Source of the DNA: Clostridia bacterium
GTDB taxonomy: Bacteria > Bacillota > Clostridia > Oscillospirales > CAG-272
Reading direction: 5' to 3'
NCBI GenBank assembly: GCA_017411605.1
Contig: JAFQPR010000090.1
Location: forward strand, 3,761-67,760
DNA length: 64,000 bases
The notes under the pieces are model-generated. The model did no database searches and had not been told where the DNA came from. It saw only the letters and a program-made list of their open reading frames with translations. Below, piece after piece: positions 26,496 to 35,246 of this stretch. Each line of letters opens with the position of its first letter. The first letter of the stretch is position 1. A program made the position numbers and the translations under genes.

Positions 26496-28466
26496 TTAGC
26501 CCTTCTTCGCCTTGTAACGGTTTCTGACGGCGGCTCTCGCTCTGTTTCCGCTCTTCTTTTCTTCGCCGACGTTGATAACTCTGCGCTTGAGCTTGAAGCT
26601 CTCTTCTCTCTCGTCCTTCTTTTCGCCGTCGGATACCTTTTCGGTGACCGCTACGTCTGCGCTTACCTCACCGATAACCGAAGCAATTCTGTCCTTAAGG
26701 CTCATCTCGGTGGCAGTGCCGTCCTCTGCCTCGACGGTAACCGTCCCCTCGAGCATAAGCGCTCCGTTTTCGGCAATCGCCTCGTCGCTGTACTCTGATT
26801 CCGCGTCAACGTAATCCTCACCGATAATAGCCGTTCCGTCACCCTTCTCGGCAATCTTATTCAAGAACTCGGCAACCTCACCCGTTACCTCCATCTCCAT
26901 AGCGGCGCGCTTTATCGTATCAACGCTTGTTATTTCATCGCCGTCGGTAATGCCTACCAAGGTACGTCTGACACCCCAGACGAGTCTTTCTTCTCCGTCC
27001 ATCCCGATAACAGACGCCTCGGCGCTTACCTTGCAAAGAACGCCTGCCATACCTGGCTTCGCGTAATACGCCTCGGGAGCGAGCTCATCGGAATTGTCCA
27101 CCTTAACAAGCTCGTAACCGAGCTCTGTCATTGCCTCGTCTGCCATTGCCATATTTATCGACGCATTGTTTGCCGCCTCTCTTATTCCCGCATCTATTTG
27201 CTTTTGGATAAGACGCGATATCTGCGTTCTGTCACCTCTCGCGAACGACTCCGCATCGAATACCTCGTCGGAAACGTCAACTCCGCGCGCCCGAAGGTCA
27301 GAAGTTCTCTCCTCGTATTCGGCATAATCCGACTCTATTACTCTGTCCTTTTCCTTCACGCTATTAAGCTCTTCAAGACTTCTCCTCAGCTTTTTGAGAG
27401 TAAGCTCGTCCTTGCAGCTTATGGCTTCGTCGGCAAGCCTTCTCATCTCCACTAAAACGTACTCGTCAGCGGTGGTATAAGGAGCATCCGTCAGCTCGTC
27501 TACCGTGTCCGCAAGAAGCTTACCGCTTTCCTCTATCTCGACCTCAAAGCTTACCGTTTCATAAGAGTTCTCCTCAACGAAGCTTTTTATCTCTCTGCAA
27601 GCCAGAAGCTGACCTTCCAGTCTTCTTGCTTCTGCTATGAGAGCGGCATCCTTGAGCTCTGCTATTTTACCGTTAACGAGCTCGACTGTGCTGTTTATGC
27701 GCTCGAGCATCTTATCTATATCTGAAAGCGAGGATACCTCGAAGGCTCTGATCTCCGAGATCATCGAACCGATAATATCGCGAAGCTCTGCGGGAATCGC
27801 TCTTAAGTTTATTCCGCCGATCGCGCTCCTTACTCTGTTGAGCGCCTCGGAAAGAATTCTCATCTCCTGCTCGACCTCCGCTCTTCTCACGGCTATTCTG
27901 CTGAAATCTCCTCTTTCGATATCAACCGAATTAAGTCTACGCTCTATATCAATATATTCCGCGGTCGTAAGACTCGGGGTTATTTCCTTACCTAATCCGT
28001 TTATTTTCTCAAGATTAGCCTCTGCCGCGGACCTTGCTCTGGCAACGGTTGAGGAATACTCACCGTTGACCTCGTCAACTTTTCTTCTGAGCTTAGCCGC
28101 ATTGAAGCCCTCGAACATAGACGGATTGAAAACCAGCGCGGGAGCTCCGCCTCGCTCGAAAACCGAAGAGAGCGCATCACCCGCATCGCGCTGCTTACGC
28201 TTGAATGCGGACTCAGCCCTTGACTTTGCGTTGAGCCTTTCCTGCTCAAGCATGAGCCTCATGCTTTCCTCATCTCTCTTATATCCTTCTATTCCATCTC
28301 TTATCTTGGCCTCCTCGGAAGCGTTCAGATAACCGTATCTATCCGCAATATTAAAGACCACGCGCCCGTCTATTTTACCGATAATGCGTCCTGCGATCTT
28401 GCTGACCTTAACCGACGGATCGTATTTTCTGGCTTCGTTTGCAACGTATTTATCAATAGAACTCAT
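26496..28466 (-). CDS. 656-aa coiled-coil-rich protein of unknown family with an acidic C-terminal region and a basic tail
   Basis: ORF track. GAGGATGA SD. Long heptad-like E/R/L/A-rich stretches. The tail reads KKSGNRARAAVRNRYKAKKG. No enzymatic motif recognised. Confidence 0.6.
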   Translation of the reverse strand: MSSIDKYVANEARKYDPSVKVSKIAGRIIGKIDGRVVFNIADRYGYLNASEEAKIRDGIEGYKRDEESMRLMLEQERLNAKSRAESAFKRKQRDAGDALSSVFERGGAPALVFNPSMFEGFNAAKLRRKVDEVNGEYSSTVARARSAAEANLEKINGLGKEITPSLTTAEYIDIERRLNSVDIERGDFSRIAVRRAEVEQEMRILSEALNRVRSAIGGINLRAIPAELRDIIGSMISEIRAFEVSSLSDIDKMLERINSTVELVNGKIAELKDAALIAEARRLEGQLLACREIKSFVEENSYETVSFEVEIEESGKLLADTVDELTDAPYTTADEYVLVEMRRLADEAISCKDELTLKKLRRSLEELNSVKEKDRVIESDYAEYEERTSDLRARGVDVSDEVFDAESFARGDRTQISRLIQKQIDAGIREAANNASINMAMADEAMTELGYELVKVDNSDELAPEAYYAKPGMAGVLCKVSAEASVIGMDGEERLVWGVRRTLVGITDGDEITSVDTIKRAAMEMEVTGEVAEFLNKIAEKGDGTAIIGEDYVDAESEYSDEAIAENGALMLEGTVTVEAEDGTATEMSLKDRIASVIGEVSADVAVTEKVSDGEKKDEREESFKLKRRVINVGEEKKSGNRARAAVRNRYKAKKG

Positions 28467-28486
28467 ATTAAATCATCCTCACTTAA

Positions 28487-30733
28487 TCAACTGAATGTTT
28501 CGCTGAAAATTCTCTCCGCCTGATTGATCAGGGGATCGAGTCTTGAGCCTCTGCCGGCGGATAAATATTTCTTTAGGAAGTCATTATCCGAGAACAGCTC
28601 TATAACGGTATCGACGGGATATCTCGATATCAGCTCGTAAATATACTGACCTACGGATATCTCTCTGTTATCCATCATTATTTTCGCATCGCTGCCGAAG
28701 AGATCAAAGAACTCCCCTACGTCATCCTGAGAGGCTATCAGCTTAAGATATCTGTTAAGCTTCGTGCTCTCGCAGGAGCGTTTGTAGTAATCGAGTATTC
28801 CGCGGTCAAGCAGGCTCTTCAATAAATACGCGCGCGCTCTGGCTTCATTTTGGCGCTCGGGATCGTTATTTTCTCCGTATGCGTACTTACATATATCTCT
28901 TGTTAAGGTATGGAGAGTCGCGATAAGACCCGTACGTGATATCACGATACCGCCGATGCTCACGCCGGATGGCTCAAACACGTCGATATACTCGCGCAGC
29001 AGTGAAACGTAAAGGTTATAGGCTCTGAGAGCCTCGCTTGACGGAAGTCCGAGATACGAATAAATCAGCTCGCTTTCCGACGAGCCCGCCGCCTTATCCG
29101 ACAGGGTGAATCTATCCCCATCGGCGCGTCTTACGACTGTGTGATCCGAATTTATTCTATACGTTTCAAGCGCGCTTACCATACTGTCCATCCTCTCTAT
29201 GGACTGCAGCTTGCACATAGTCTTAACGAAATTCTCGGCAGAGCCGTAATTCGTTACCGAAATACCGGTACCCGTATAAGAAACCGAGGCAAGGCATCCC
29301 GTTATCTGCATATACACGGCGCTCATATCCTCAAGGAATCTCTTATCTGCGGAAACCACCGCTCCCGTCACGTCGAAGGTACCCGTTATATCCTCTATAT
29401 CAAGTCTTCCGAAGTAGTAAAGCACGGGGAGCTTGCAGCTTAAGTAAAAGCTTCTGAAAAGCTCGTTTATAGGCTTATCGCCGAAGAATTTTCTGACGAA
29501 ATCATCTCTGTTTTCAAACTTAGGCAAAATAGCTCCTCTGGTATCCTCTTCATCGCTGAAATAGAATCTTGTCCCGGGGTCATTTTTGTTTATGACCGCG
29601 CGGTATATCAGGAAGAACTTTATGCTCTTATCCATTTTTGCGTTACTCGAATAAGTAGTAGCAAGTATCTTACCGAGCAGCTCGTTGCTTTCCGCAAGAT
29701 TGAACGAGTCGAGCGTCTGCAGAAGGAGCCATTTGAATTCGGGTCGAAGCTCCCTTCTGCTCTTGAAGGCAAACGTCGTATTCCAATGGCTGAAAATATC
29801 GCCAATCGCGCGTTTTAGCGGCTTGCATACGATACCTCTCCGATAGGTTGCGGAATAGGTTTCGCCGCCTATCGAAATATAGGAATAACTGCTCTTCGTA
29901 ACTCCGCCGAGCGCGCCGCCGATGGAATCGCGGGCAGAGCTTGCGTGAGTATCTCTCACCGTCGGAGCCTCGGCGGCTTCAGCTCTTACCTCTCTTACGG
30001 GTGCGGGAGCGACAGCTCTTTCGGGAGCGCCGCGCATACCGTCCGATGCCGCAGCACCGACGCTCGGAGTATGCGAAGCAGAAGCGCGTGAGCGCTCCGT
30101 ACCGAGTCCGCCGATTCTGACTCCCGTACCGAGTCCGCTTGCCCACGCGGGTCTGCGAGGCTCTGCTGCAGAAGCAGACGGAGCCGACTCGGTAGTTGCC
30201 GCGCTTGCCGTGCGAGAGGGATATCCGCTCGCAGAAGATGCCGCGCCTACGGATGACGGCGCGCTTGCGGACTCTCCCGCGGACGTACCCCGTGTGGCTC
30301 TTTCGGGAGAAGGAGTCGTTCTGCTATGCGACGGTCTTGTGGGAGATGGGCTAACCGTGGCACGTGCTGACCTTTCGGACGAAGTGCTTGCCGCTCTGCC
30401 AATCGCAGCTCCCACCGTACCCTCGCGAGAGGGCGCAGCCGTTCCCGATGCAGGCGCTGCGGGTCGTGAGATAGGCGCATCGGTCACACTCGGTGCGGGC
30501 GATACCTCTACCCATACGCCGTCACGGTATTCGTAAGACGGTGCGCTTGCCCCTCTTACGGGCGTAGCTCTTTTGGGAACCGAGAACTCGCCTTTTTTTG
30601 CGCGGAGCTTACATATTTTTCTTTTCGGACAGTTTGACGGGCACTTTACCGTATTGCCCGGCTCTATTTTCTTGCCCGACGGAATATCCATAAGCAGACT
30701 CTGACCGTCGGAGCAGACCAATTTATATACCAT
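28487..30733 (-). CDS. 748-aa protein: short Cys-containing N-terminus, a ~215-aa Ser/Ala/Pro/Thr/Arg-rich disordered linker, and a ~470-aa C-terminal domain of unknown family
   Basis: AAGGTGG SD. TAATG overlap with the upstream gene. N-terminus MVYKLVCSDG...VKCPSNCPKRKIC. The low-complexity segment is encoded by the locally GC-rich patch at about 29908-30556. Confidence 0.6.
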   Translation of the reverse strand: MVYKLVCSDGQSLLMDIPSGKKIEPGNTVKCPSNCPKRKICKLRAKKGEFSVPKRATPVRGASAPSYEYRDGVWVEVSPAPSVTDAPISRPAAPASGTAAPSREGTVGAAIGRAASTSSERSARATVSPSPTRPSHSRTTPSPERATRGTSAGESASAPSSVGAASSASGYPSRTASAATTESAPSASAAEPRRPAWASGLGTGVRIGGLGTERSRASASHTPSVGAAASDGMRGAPERAVAPAPVREVRAEAAEAPTVRDTHASSARDSIGGALGGVTKSSYSYISIGGETYSATYRRGIVCKPLKRAIGDIFSHWNTTFAFKSRRELRPEFKWLLLQTLDSFNLAESNELLGKILATTYSSNAKMDKSIKFFLIYRAVINKNDPGTRFYFSDEEDTRGAILPKFENRDDFVRKFFGDKPINELFRSFYLSCKLPVLYYFGRLDIEDITGTFDVTGAVVSADKRFLEDMSAVYMQITGCLASVSYTGTGISVTNYGSAENFVKTMCKLQSIERMDSMVSALETYRINSDHTVVRRADGDRFTLSDKAAGSSESELIYSYLGLPSSEALRAYNLYVSLLREYIDVFEPSGVSIGGIVISRTGLIATLHTLTRDICKYAYGENNDPERQNEARARAYLLKSLLDRGILDYYKRSCESTKLNRYLKLIASQDDVGEFFDLFGSDAKIMMDNREISVGQYIYELISRYPVDTVIELFSDNDFLKKYLSAGRGSRLDPLINQAERIFSETFS

Positions 30734-31266
30734 TACGCGAGCCCACCTTTACTGTTTACTCTTACCTTGCCGGACAGAACGCCCTTGATTATATCCATTA
30801 GTGGCATATTCGCTATTCGGTCCGACATTTCGTAATTCATGGGAGCGATGCCGACTCTGTTAATGTTCATATAAAGTGCTCTTATGTACTTACGGTCCGT
30901 GATATTCGGCATACGGCTATGTCCCGAGAGCCACGTGAAGAATTCCTTTACGTTAGCATTCGACATAGCTCCGGGAGCTGCCCAACGCGTCATAGAATCG
31001 GTAGCGGGGCCTTTCGTTGAAGCGGCATCGAGCAGCTTTTTCAGGCATTCTGCTATAACTATTCGGTCAATAGCGGCGACAACCGAGGATAACCCCAGGT
31101 ATGCATTCGCTCCGTAGAACATCTCGAGCACGTCACCGTAAGAAGAGACGGCAGCCTCTCTTACGCAATTCTCGCATAAAATTCTCGAGCTTTCGACCTC
31201 GCCTTTCTCATAAAGCTTCTCTGCCAGATCGAGGCATCGCCTTTGCGTGTCATTAAAAATTGCCAT
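30733..31266 (-). CDS. 177-aa helical hypothetical protein
   Basis: ORF track. 4-nt gap to the AAA+ gene, and its stop overlaps the next ATG. Confidence 0.55.
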   Translation of the reverse strand: MAIFNDTQRRCLDLAEKLYEKGEVESSRILCENCVREAAVSSYGDVLEMFYGANAYLGLSSVVAAIDRIVIAECLKKLLDAASTKGPATDSMTRWAAPGAMSNANVKEFFTWLSGHSRMPNITDRKYIRALYMNINRVGIAPMNYEMSDRIANMPLMDIIKGVLSGKVRVNSKGGLA

Positions 31267-31270
31267 TCTT

Positions 31271-33850
31271 TTATACTATTCTCCATTCGATATCCTCGTG
31301 AGTTTCCACGATATCACGGCGAAGACTGCAAACCGCGGTCCTGCCCATAAGCATCTCGCTCGTAAGGCGCTCCTTATTATAAGTGAAGCGGTCGCTGCTT
31401 GTATGATCAACGAAGGTAACGCTTGATTCACGAACGTAAACCGTAAGAACGCGCTCTCCGCTGTCATTTTTAGCGAAGTAAGGCACTCCGTCAACCGTTT
31501 CCGCCTCGCTCGCGGCAGCAAGCTCATACTTCGCGCCGTTATAAGTTACGTGGGTAGGTGTTCCGTCGTATTTTACGGTAATAGCTCTTGACGCGCGGTC
31601 TACCTCATTCTCGCCGTCGTAAAGCACGACGTCGCCGCGCTTGTATCTCGCGAGCTCAACGGAAAGGCTCGTCGTAAAGAGCTTACCCGTCGTTTTTATG
31701 ATACCTCTTGCTCCGAGAGCTCTTATATTCATATTCTGGCAGTGAGCGGAAATGGCGCTATGCACCGCGTCCGACCACTCAATGTTAAGTCCGTACATAT
31801 CCTTTGCGGATGTAATTACGCCCTTCATCTTGCTTTTTGCTATCTTCGGTACTGCGGAGGCGCTGATATAGTTATAGTAAACGAGCGCATCCTCAACTCG
31901 TCCGTAAAGCTCGGGACGCTTAAGACCGCAATGGAAGAACGCCTTAACGTTATATCTTAAGTGCTTCTTGACCTCGGCGTATATCTCTGCCTCGGCCTCC
32001 TCGGTAAGATCTCCGTTTGCCTTTACCTTGCCCTCGGCGCGTTTTTCCTCCTCAAGCCTGATAACGACGTCCATATTCATCTCGCCCTCGGGCGGCTCCT
32101 CGTTGTTCATAAGGCTTGCGATCTCTGCCCTTGAAAGCTCTTCTCCGTTTTCCTTGGTGAACTTATTTACGCCCGCGTTAGAGGTGATAACTATAATAGA
32201 ATCGCTGAAGCGAACGGTTTCACCCTTACCGTCGGTAAGACGTCCGTCACCGAGTATCTGTAAGAACTTATCAAGTATCGACTTATGCGCCTTCTCTATC
32301 TCGTCAAAGAGTATCAGTGAGAAGGGCTCCTTCTTTATCGCGTTTGTGAGCTTACCGCCCGCCTCGTGTCCAACGTATCCTGGAGGGGCGCCGAAGAGCT
32401 TCTGATCCGACTCATCCTGACCGAACTCCGACATATCGAAGCGCACTATCCTCTCCTCGCTTCCGAAGATATTCTCCGCAAGCTGCTTACAAAGCTCGGT
32501 CTTACCCGTACCCGTAGGTCCTGCAAGGAATAGGACAACTCGGGGCGCGTTCGGATTTTCAACTCTGTCAAGACCGAGAGAGGCTCTCGTAAGGATTTCC
32601 TGAACTGCATCAAGCGCGCTGTCCTGACCCTGGATCTTTTTCTTGACCTCGTTGGTCACGCCGAGCATCTGTCTAACTCTTTCCTCATCATCCCAGGGGT
32701 TGGTAAGATCTCCGTGCTGGAATTCCGATACGGCGAAGCCTATCTTTGCGGGATCGGATATCGGATGCTCTGCAATATATTCACCGAAGCGGATCATAGC
32801 CTTCATGCTAAGATCGTTCGTGTATGCCAAAAACTGCTTTTCCGCCTTGTTTTTTCCGTCGGCGGAAACGTTACCTCTGATAGCCTCGTACTTCTCGAAG
32901 AATTCGTCGGTGAAGCCCTCACCGTCCTCTATCGCATCTCTGAAGAACTGAAGCTTCTGCTCCTCGGAGGGCTTTGAGATATTGATAACCTTAACGTGGG
33001 GGTTTTCGGTTTCGTCAACGAACCACTTCGGAAGGTCGCTCGCGTTGTTTGCGAGAATTACCATTTTATGCTCGCTGGTCGAGCTCTCGCATTCGTCAAG
33101 CGACTGACATATGTTAAGAAGCTGTCTGAAGAGAATTATATCGTCCTCACCGAGAGTCGTATACTCGCTTCTACCGTCGTTCGATAGAAGCTGAGAGGTC
33201 ATCTTTATGACGAAGATATATCCGCTGGGCTCGCTCTCGGCATAAAACTCCGAGCTGTCCCCCTCACCCGAGAGAGCATCCGCGATACCGCTCATTATTC
33301 TGTATATCTGCCCCTTAAGCGAATCGTCAAGACGCTCCGAGTTCTCGGAGATAGCGAGATGTATCTTAGCTATATCGAGAGTAGTTCCCTCACTTCTGTG
33401 GTCTATAAGAACGTTCCCTATTCTGTCATTTCTCAAAATATCCCAGAACTTCTGCGAGATAGGAGAATTATATCTGCGGTTCTTATCGACGTAGAGCATC
33501 GCGCCCTCTTCGTTCTCCTCATCGCAGGATGAGCCGCTGCCCGTTTCGGGAGCATCACCGCCCTCATCGGTGCTTTCGATCGGAACGAAATCGTCATCAT
33601 ATATTTTGAATTTAAGATCTGCGGACTCGGAAGGATCGTAAACGATCACTCTCTTTCTCTTCGCCTGATTCTCGTGAACCGAATAAACGCGATCAAGATA
33701 ATCGCAGATTCCGCAATAGCTGACCTCTCCGTCACCGTTCACAAAGGGGTGAGCGTCATCTATGAAGCCTTCAAGCACGAAGGTATTGTATACCGAAAAA
33801 TACGAACCGAAGTCCTTTTGCCATTTTGCTCTCTGTACGTTTTCTGACAT
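31271..33850 (-). CDS. Hsp100/ClpB D2-type AAA+ ATPase with a Walker-A-less N-terminal half and an extra C-terminal beta-rich domain (859 aa)
   Basis: IQGQDSALDAV...VVLFLAGPTGTGKTELCKQLAE (Walker A, about 32498-32524). RFDMSEF. LFGAPPGYVGHEAGGKLTNAIKKEPFSLILFDEIEKAH (Walker B). GDGRLTDGKGETVRFSDSIIVITSNAG. RPELYGRVEDALVYYNYI. This is near-collinear with the ClpB D2 consensus. No P-loop seen in aa 1-420. Confidence 0.8.
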   Translation of the reverse strand: MSENVQRAKWQKDFGSYFSVYNTFVLEGFIDDAHPFVNGDGEVSYCGICDYLDRVYSVHENQAKRKRVIVYDPSESADLKFKIYDDDFVPIESTDEGGDAPETGSGSSCDEENEEGAMLYVDKNRRYNSPISQKFWDILRNDRIGNVLIDHRSEGTTLDIAKIHLAISENSERLDDSLKGQIYRIMSGIADALSGEGDSSEFYAESEPSGYIFVIKMTSQLLSNDGRSEYTTLGEDDIILFRQLLNICQSLDECESSTSEHKMVILANNASDLPKWFVDETENPHVKVINISKPSEEQKLQFFRDAIEDGEGFTDEFFEKYEAIRGNVSADGKNKAEKQFLAYTNDLSMKAMIRFGEYIAEHPISDPAKIGFAVSEFQHGDLTNPWDDEERVRQMLGVTNEVKKKIQGQDSALDAVQEILTRASLGLDRVENPNAPRVVLFLAGPTGTGKTELCKQLAENIFGSEERIVRFDMSEFGQDESDQKLFGAPPGYVGHEAGGKLTNAIKKEPFSLILFDEIEKAHKSILDKFLQILGDGRLTDGKGETVRFSDSIIVITSNAGVNKFTKENGEELSRAEIASLMNNEEPPEGEMNMDVVIRLEEEKRAEGKVKANGDLTEEAEAEIYAEVKKHLRYNVKAFFHCGLKRPELYGRVEDALVYYNYISASAVPKIAKSKMKGVITSAKDMYGLNIEWSDAVHSAISAHCQNMNIRALGARGIIKTTGKLFTTSLSVELARYKRGDVVLYDGENEVDRASRAITVKYDGTPTHVTYNGAKYELAAASEAETVDGVPYFAKNDSGERVLTVYVRESSVTFVDHTSSDRFTYNKERLTSEMLMGRTAVCSLRRDIVETHEDIEWRIV

Positions 33851-33869
33851 TTTTATTCTCCTATATCTC

Positions 33870-34925
33870 TTAGTTTTTAATTACCATACCGTTAAAGAAG
33901 CCGTGATCAACGTTTCCCGAAAGACTCGCTCCGCGAGGCAGAGCCGAGCTTATAATATCTCTCGCCCATTTCCAGAGCTCTCCGTCATCCAGCAGCGTTC
34001 CCTTGTAGCGGAATCTCAGAACATATTTTTGCGCCCTCGTATCAAATCCGAGAAGATAGCTTCTCAGATCGTTGAGGTTTTTAAACACGATATTCCGCTT
34101 TGAGTGATAGCTCTGCGACTCGTCGTTGCAATCGAACTCTCTCTCGAACGTATAGAACAGCTCCGCCGTCCTCGTTGTCGCGAGGAACATATCGTAGTTA
34201 TACATAATTAAGTCCTCGTGGAAGATACCCTTGGTGGTATCAACGAACGAGCATACCCCGTCTATCTCTATTATATTGAGCATATGCTCGCAGCCGTTAT
34301 CGTCGTTCGACCTTGCCTCGACGCAGATGCAAGGAATACCAAACTCCTCGCAGAGCAGCTTATACGCCTTTGAAAGACCCATACACACAGCCTTTTTATC
34401 AACGAAAACACCGACAGCGGTAAAGGCGTTACTGTTATCTCTCAGCATCTCTATCTCGCGTTGCTGCTTTCTCTCGCGATCCGCCTCGGTATTCTCGGGC
34501 ATCGACGCGACCGCGATATACTCCTCGAATACGTCGAAATCGTACTTAACGTTTTTCGAAAGATATTCGTATATAGTCTTTGCGGTCTTATATGCGCTCG
34601 TACCGAGCGGACATTTTCGCTCAATTAAACGAATGACCTCGTTCATTTTCTCTCTGCAAAGAGCTTCGTCGCACTCGGAATACTTCATATCGACCGAGGT
34701 GCTGTGCCCGTCCGAGGTGAATCTTGCGAAAAGTCCCGGGTAATAAAACGTACCCGGCGTATCGAGCACGTAGGCGTGCCACGCGCGCATCGTAGCCTCT
34801 ATATCTCCGTGAAAGACCGTGCATTGCCCTCTGTTCTGCGCGGCGGCGGAAATTGAATAATATGCCCCCCGCTCGTTCTCGGAGGTAAGCTCGTCAAAAT
34901 AAAAATTCGGGCTGTAAATTCTCAT
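33870..34925 (-). CDS. Transglutaminase-like (Cys-His-Asp papain-fold) protein; first gene of the operon
   Basis: KKAVCMGLSKAYKLLCEEFGIPCICVEA (Cys). CEHMLNIIEIDGVCSFVDTT, with the same 15-residue His-to-Asp spacing as the canonical HAWNEVYIDGKWYPVDAT. AGGTGA SD. No signal peptide. Confidence 0.7.
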   Translation of the reverse strand: MRIYSPNFYFDELTSENERGAYYSISAAAQNRGQCTVFHGDIEATMRAWHAYVLDTPGTFYYPGLFARFTSDGHSTSVDMKYSECDEALCREKMNEVIRLIERKCPLGTSAYKTAKTIYEYLSKNVKYDFDVFEEYIAVASMPENTEADRERKQQREIEMLRDNSNAFTAVGVFVDKKAVCMGLSKAYKLLCEEFGIPCICVEARSNDDNGCEHMLNIIEIDGVCSFVDTTKGIFHEDLIMYNYDMFLATTRTAELFYTFEREFDCNDESQSYHSKRNIVFKNLNDLRSYLLGFDTRAQKYVLRFRYKGTLLDDGELWKWARDIISSALPRGASLSGNVDHGFFNGMVIKN

Positions 34926-34980
34926 ATTTCACCTGCTTTACCGAAATCTTATTTAAAAGATTTTATAAATATACACAATA

Positions 34981-35009
34981 ATTATTGCATAAGTGGATTT
35001 GCTTGTCAA
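34981..35009 (-). promoter_or_regulatory. Candidate sigma70-type promoter of the 15-gene operon
   Basis: Minus strand reads TTGACA (35004-35009), a 17-nt spacer, then AATAAT (34981-34986), about 55 nt upstream of ATG 34925. Confidence 0.55.
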
Positions 35010-35171
35010 CAAAAATTAAACAAAAACTGCCAATAAATACTTTTTTCTATCTTTTGATAGAAAAATCGGTCGGTTTATTGTGCAAGTTTTCCTAAGCAGA
35101 AACAAGAGGATTCGGTTTACATATAAAACCCACAGCAGCAAGCAAAAAGAATTCAATAACAAATCAAAAAA

Positions 35172-35221
35172 CAAAAAAAGAGCAAGCGCGAGAAGGTTTT
35201 TACGCCTTGCATGCTTGCTCT
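35172..35221 (-). terminator. Intrinsic terminator of the permease gene
   Basis: Minus strand reads AGAGCAAGC, a 25-nt loop with an inner AAGG/CCTT pairing, GCTTGCTCT, then a T-run. Begins 26 nt after the stop at 35247. Confidence 0.6.
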
Positions 35222-35246
35222 GTAATTGTTATGAATTTATTTACGC

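Noticed and set aside
28326-28340. R-Y-G-Y-L near the N-terminus of the 656-aa protein, considered as a possible glycyl-radical site for the adjacent NrdG-like activase
   Set aside because: It does not fit the glycyl-radical signature (R-[IVT]-[CSA]-G-Y with one more residue before the Gly). It is N-terminal rather than in a C-terminal glycine-radical domain, and the surrounding sequence shows no GRE-like features. It is worth only a quick check in a structure model.
30210-30536. 108-aa plus-strand ORF and 77-aa minus-strand ORF in the GC-rich patch
   Set aside because: They fall inside the low-complexity, GC-rich linker of the 748-aa gene. Stop codons are rare in all frames there, so these are composition artefacts.
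35047-35060. Palindrome CTATCttttGATAG upstream of the operon promoter
   Set aside because: It is short and AT-rich, occurs only once, and has no second copy or obvious partner regulator. It cannot be distinguished from chance.
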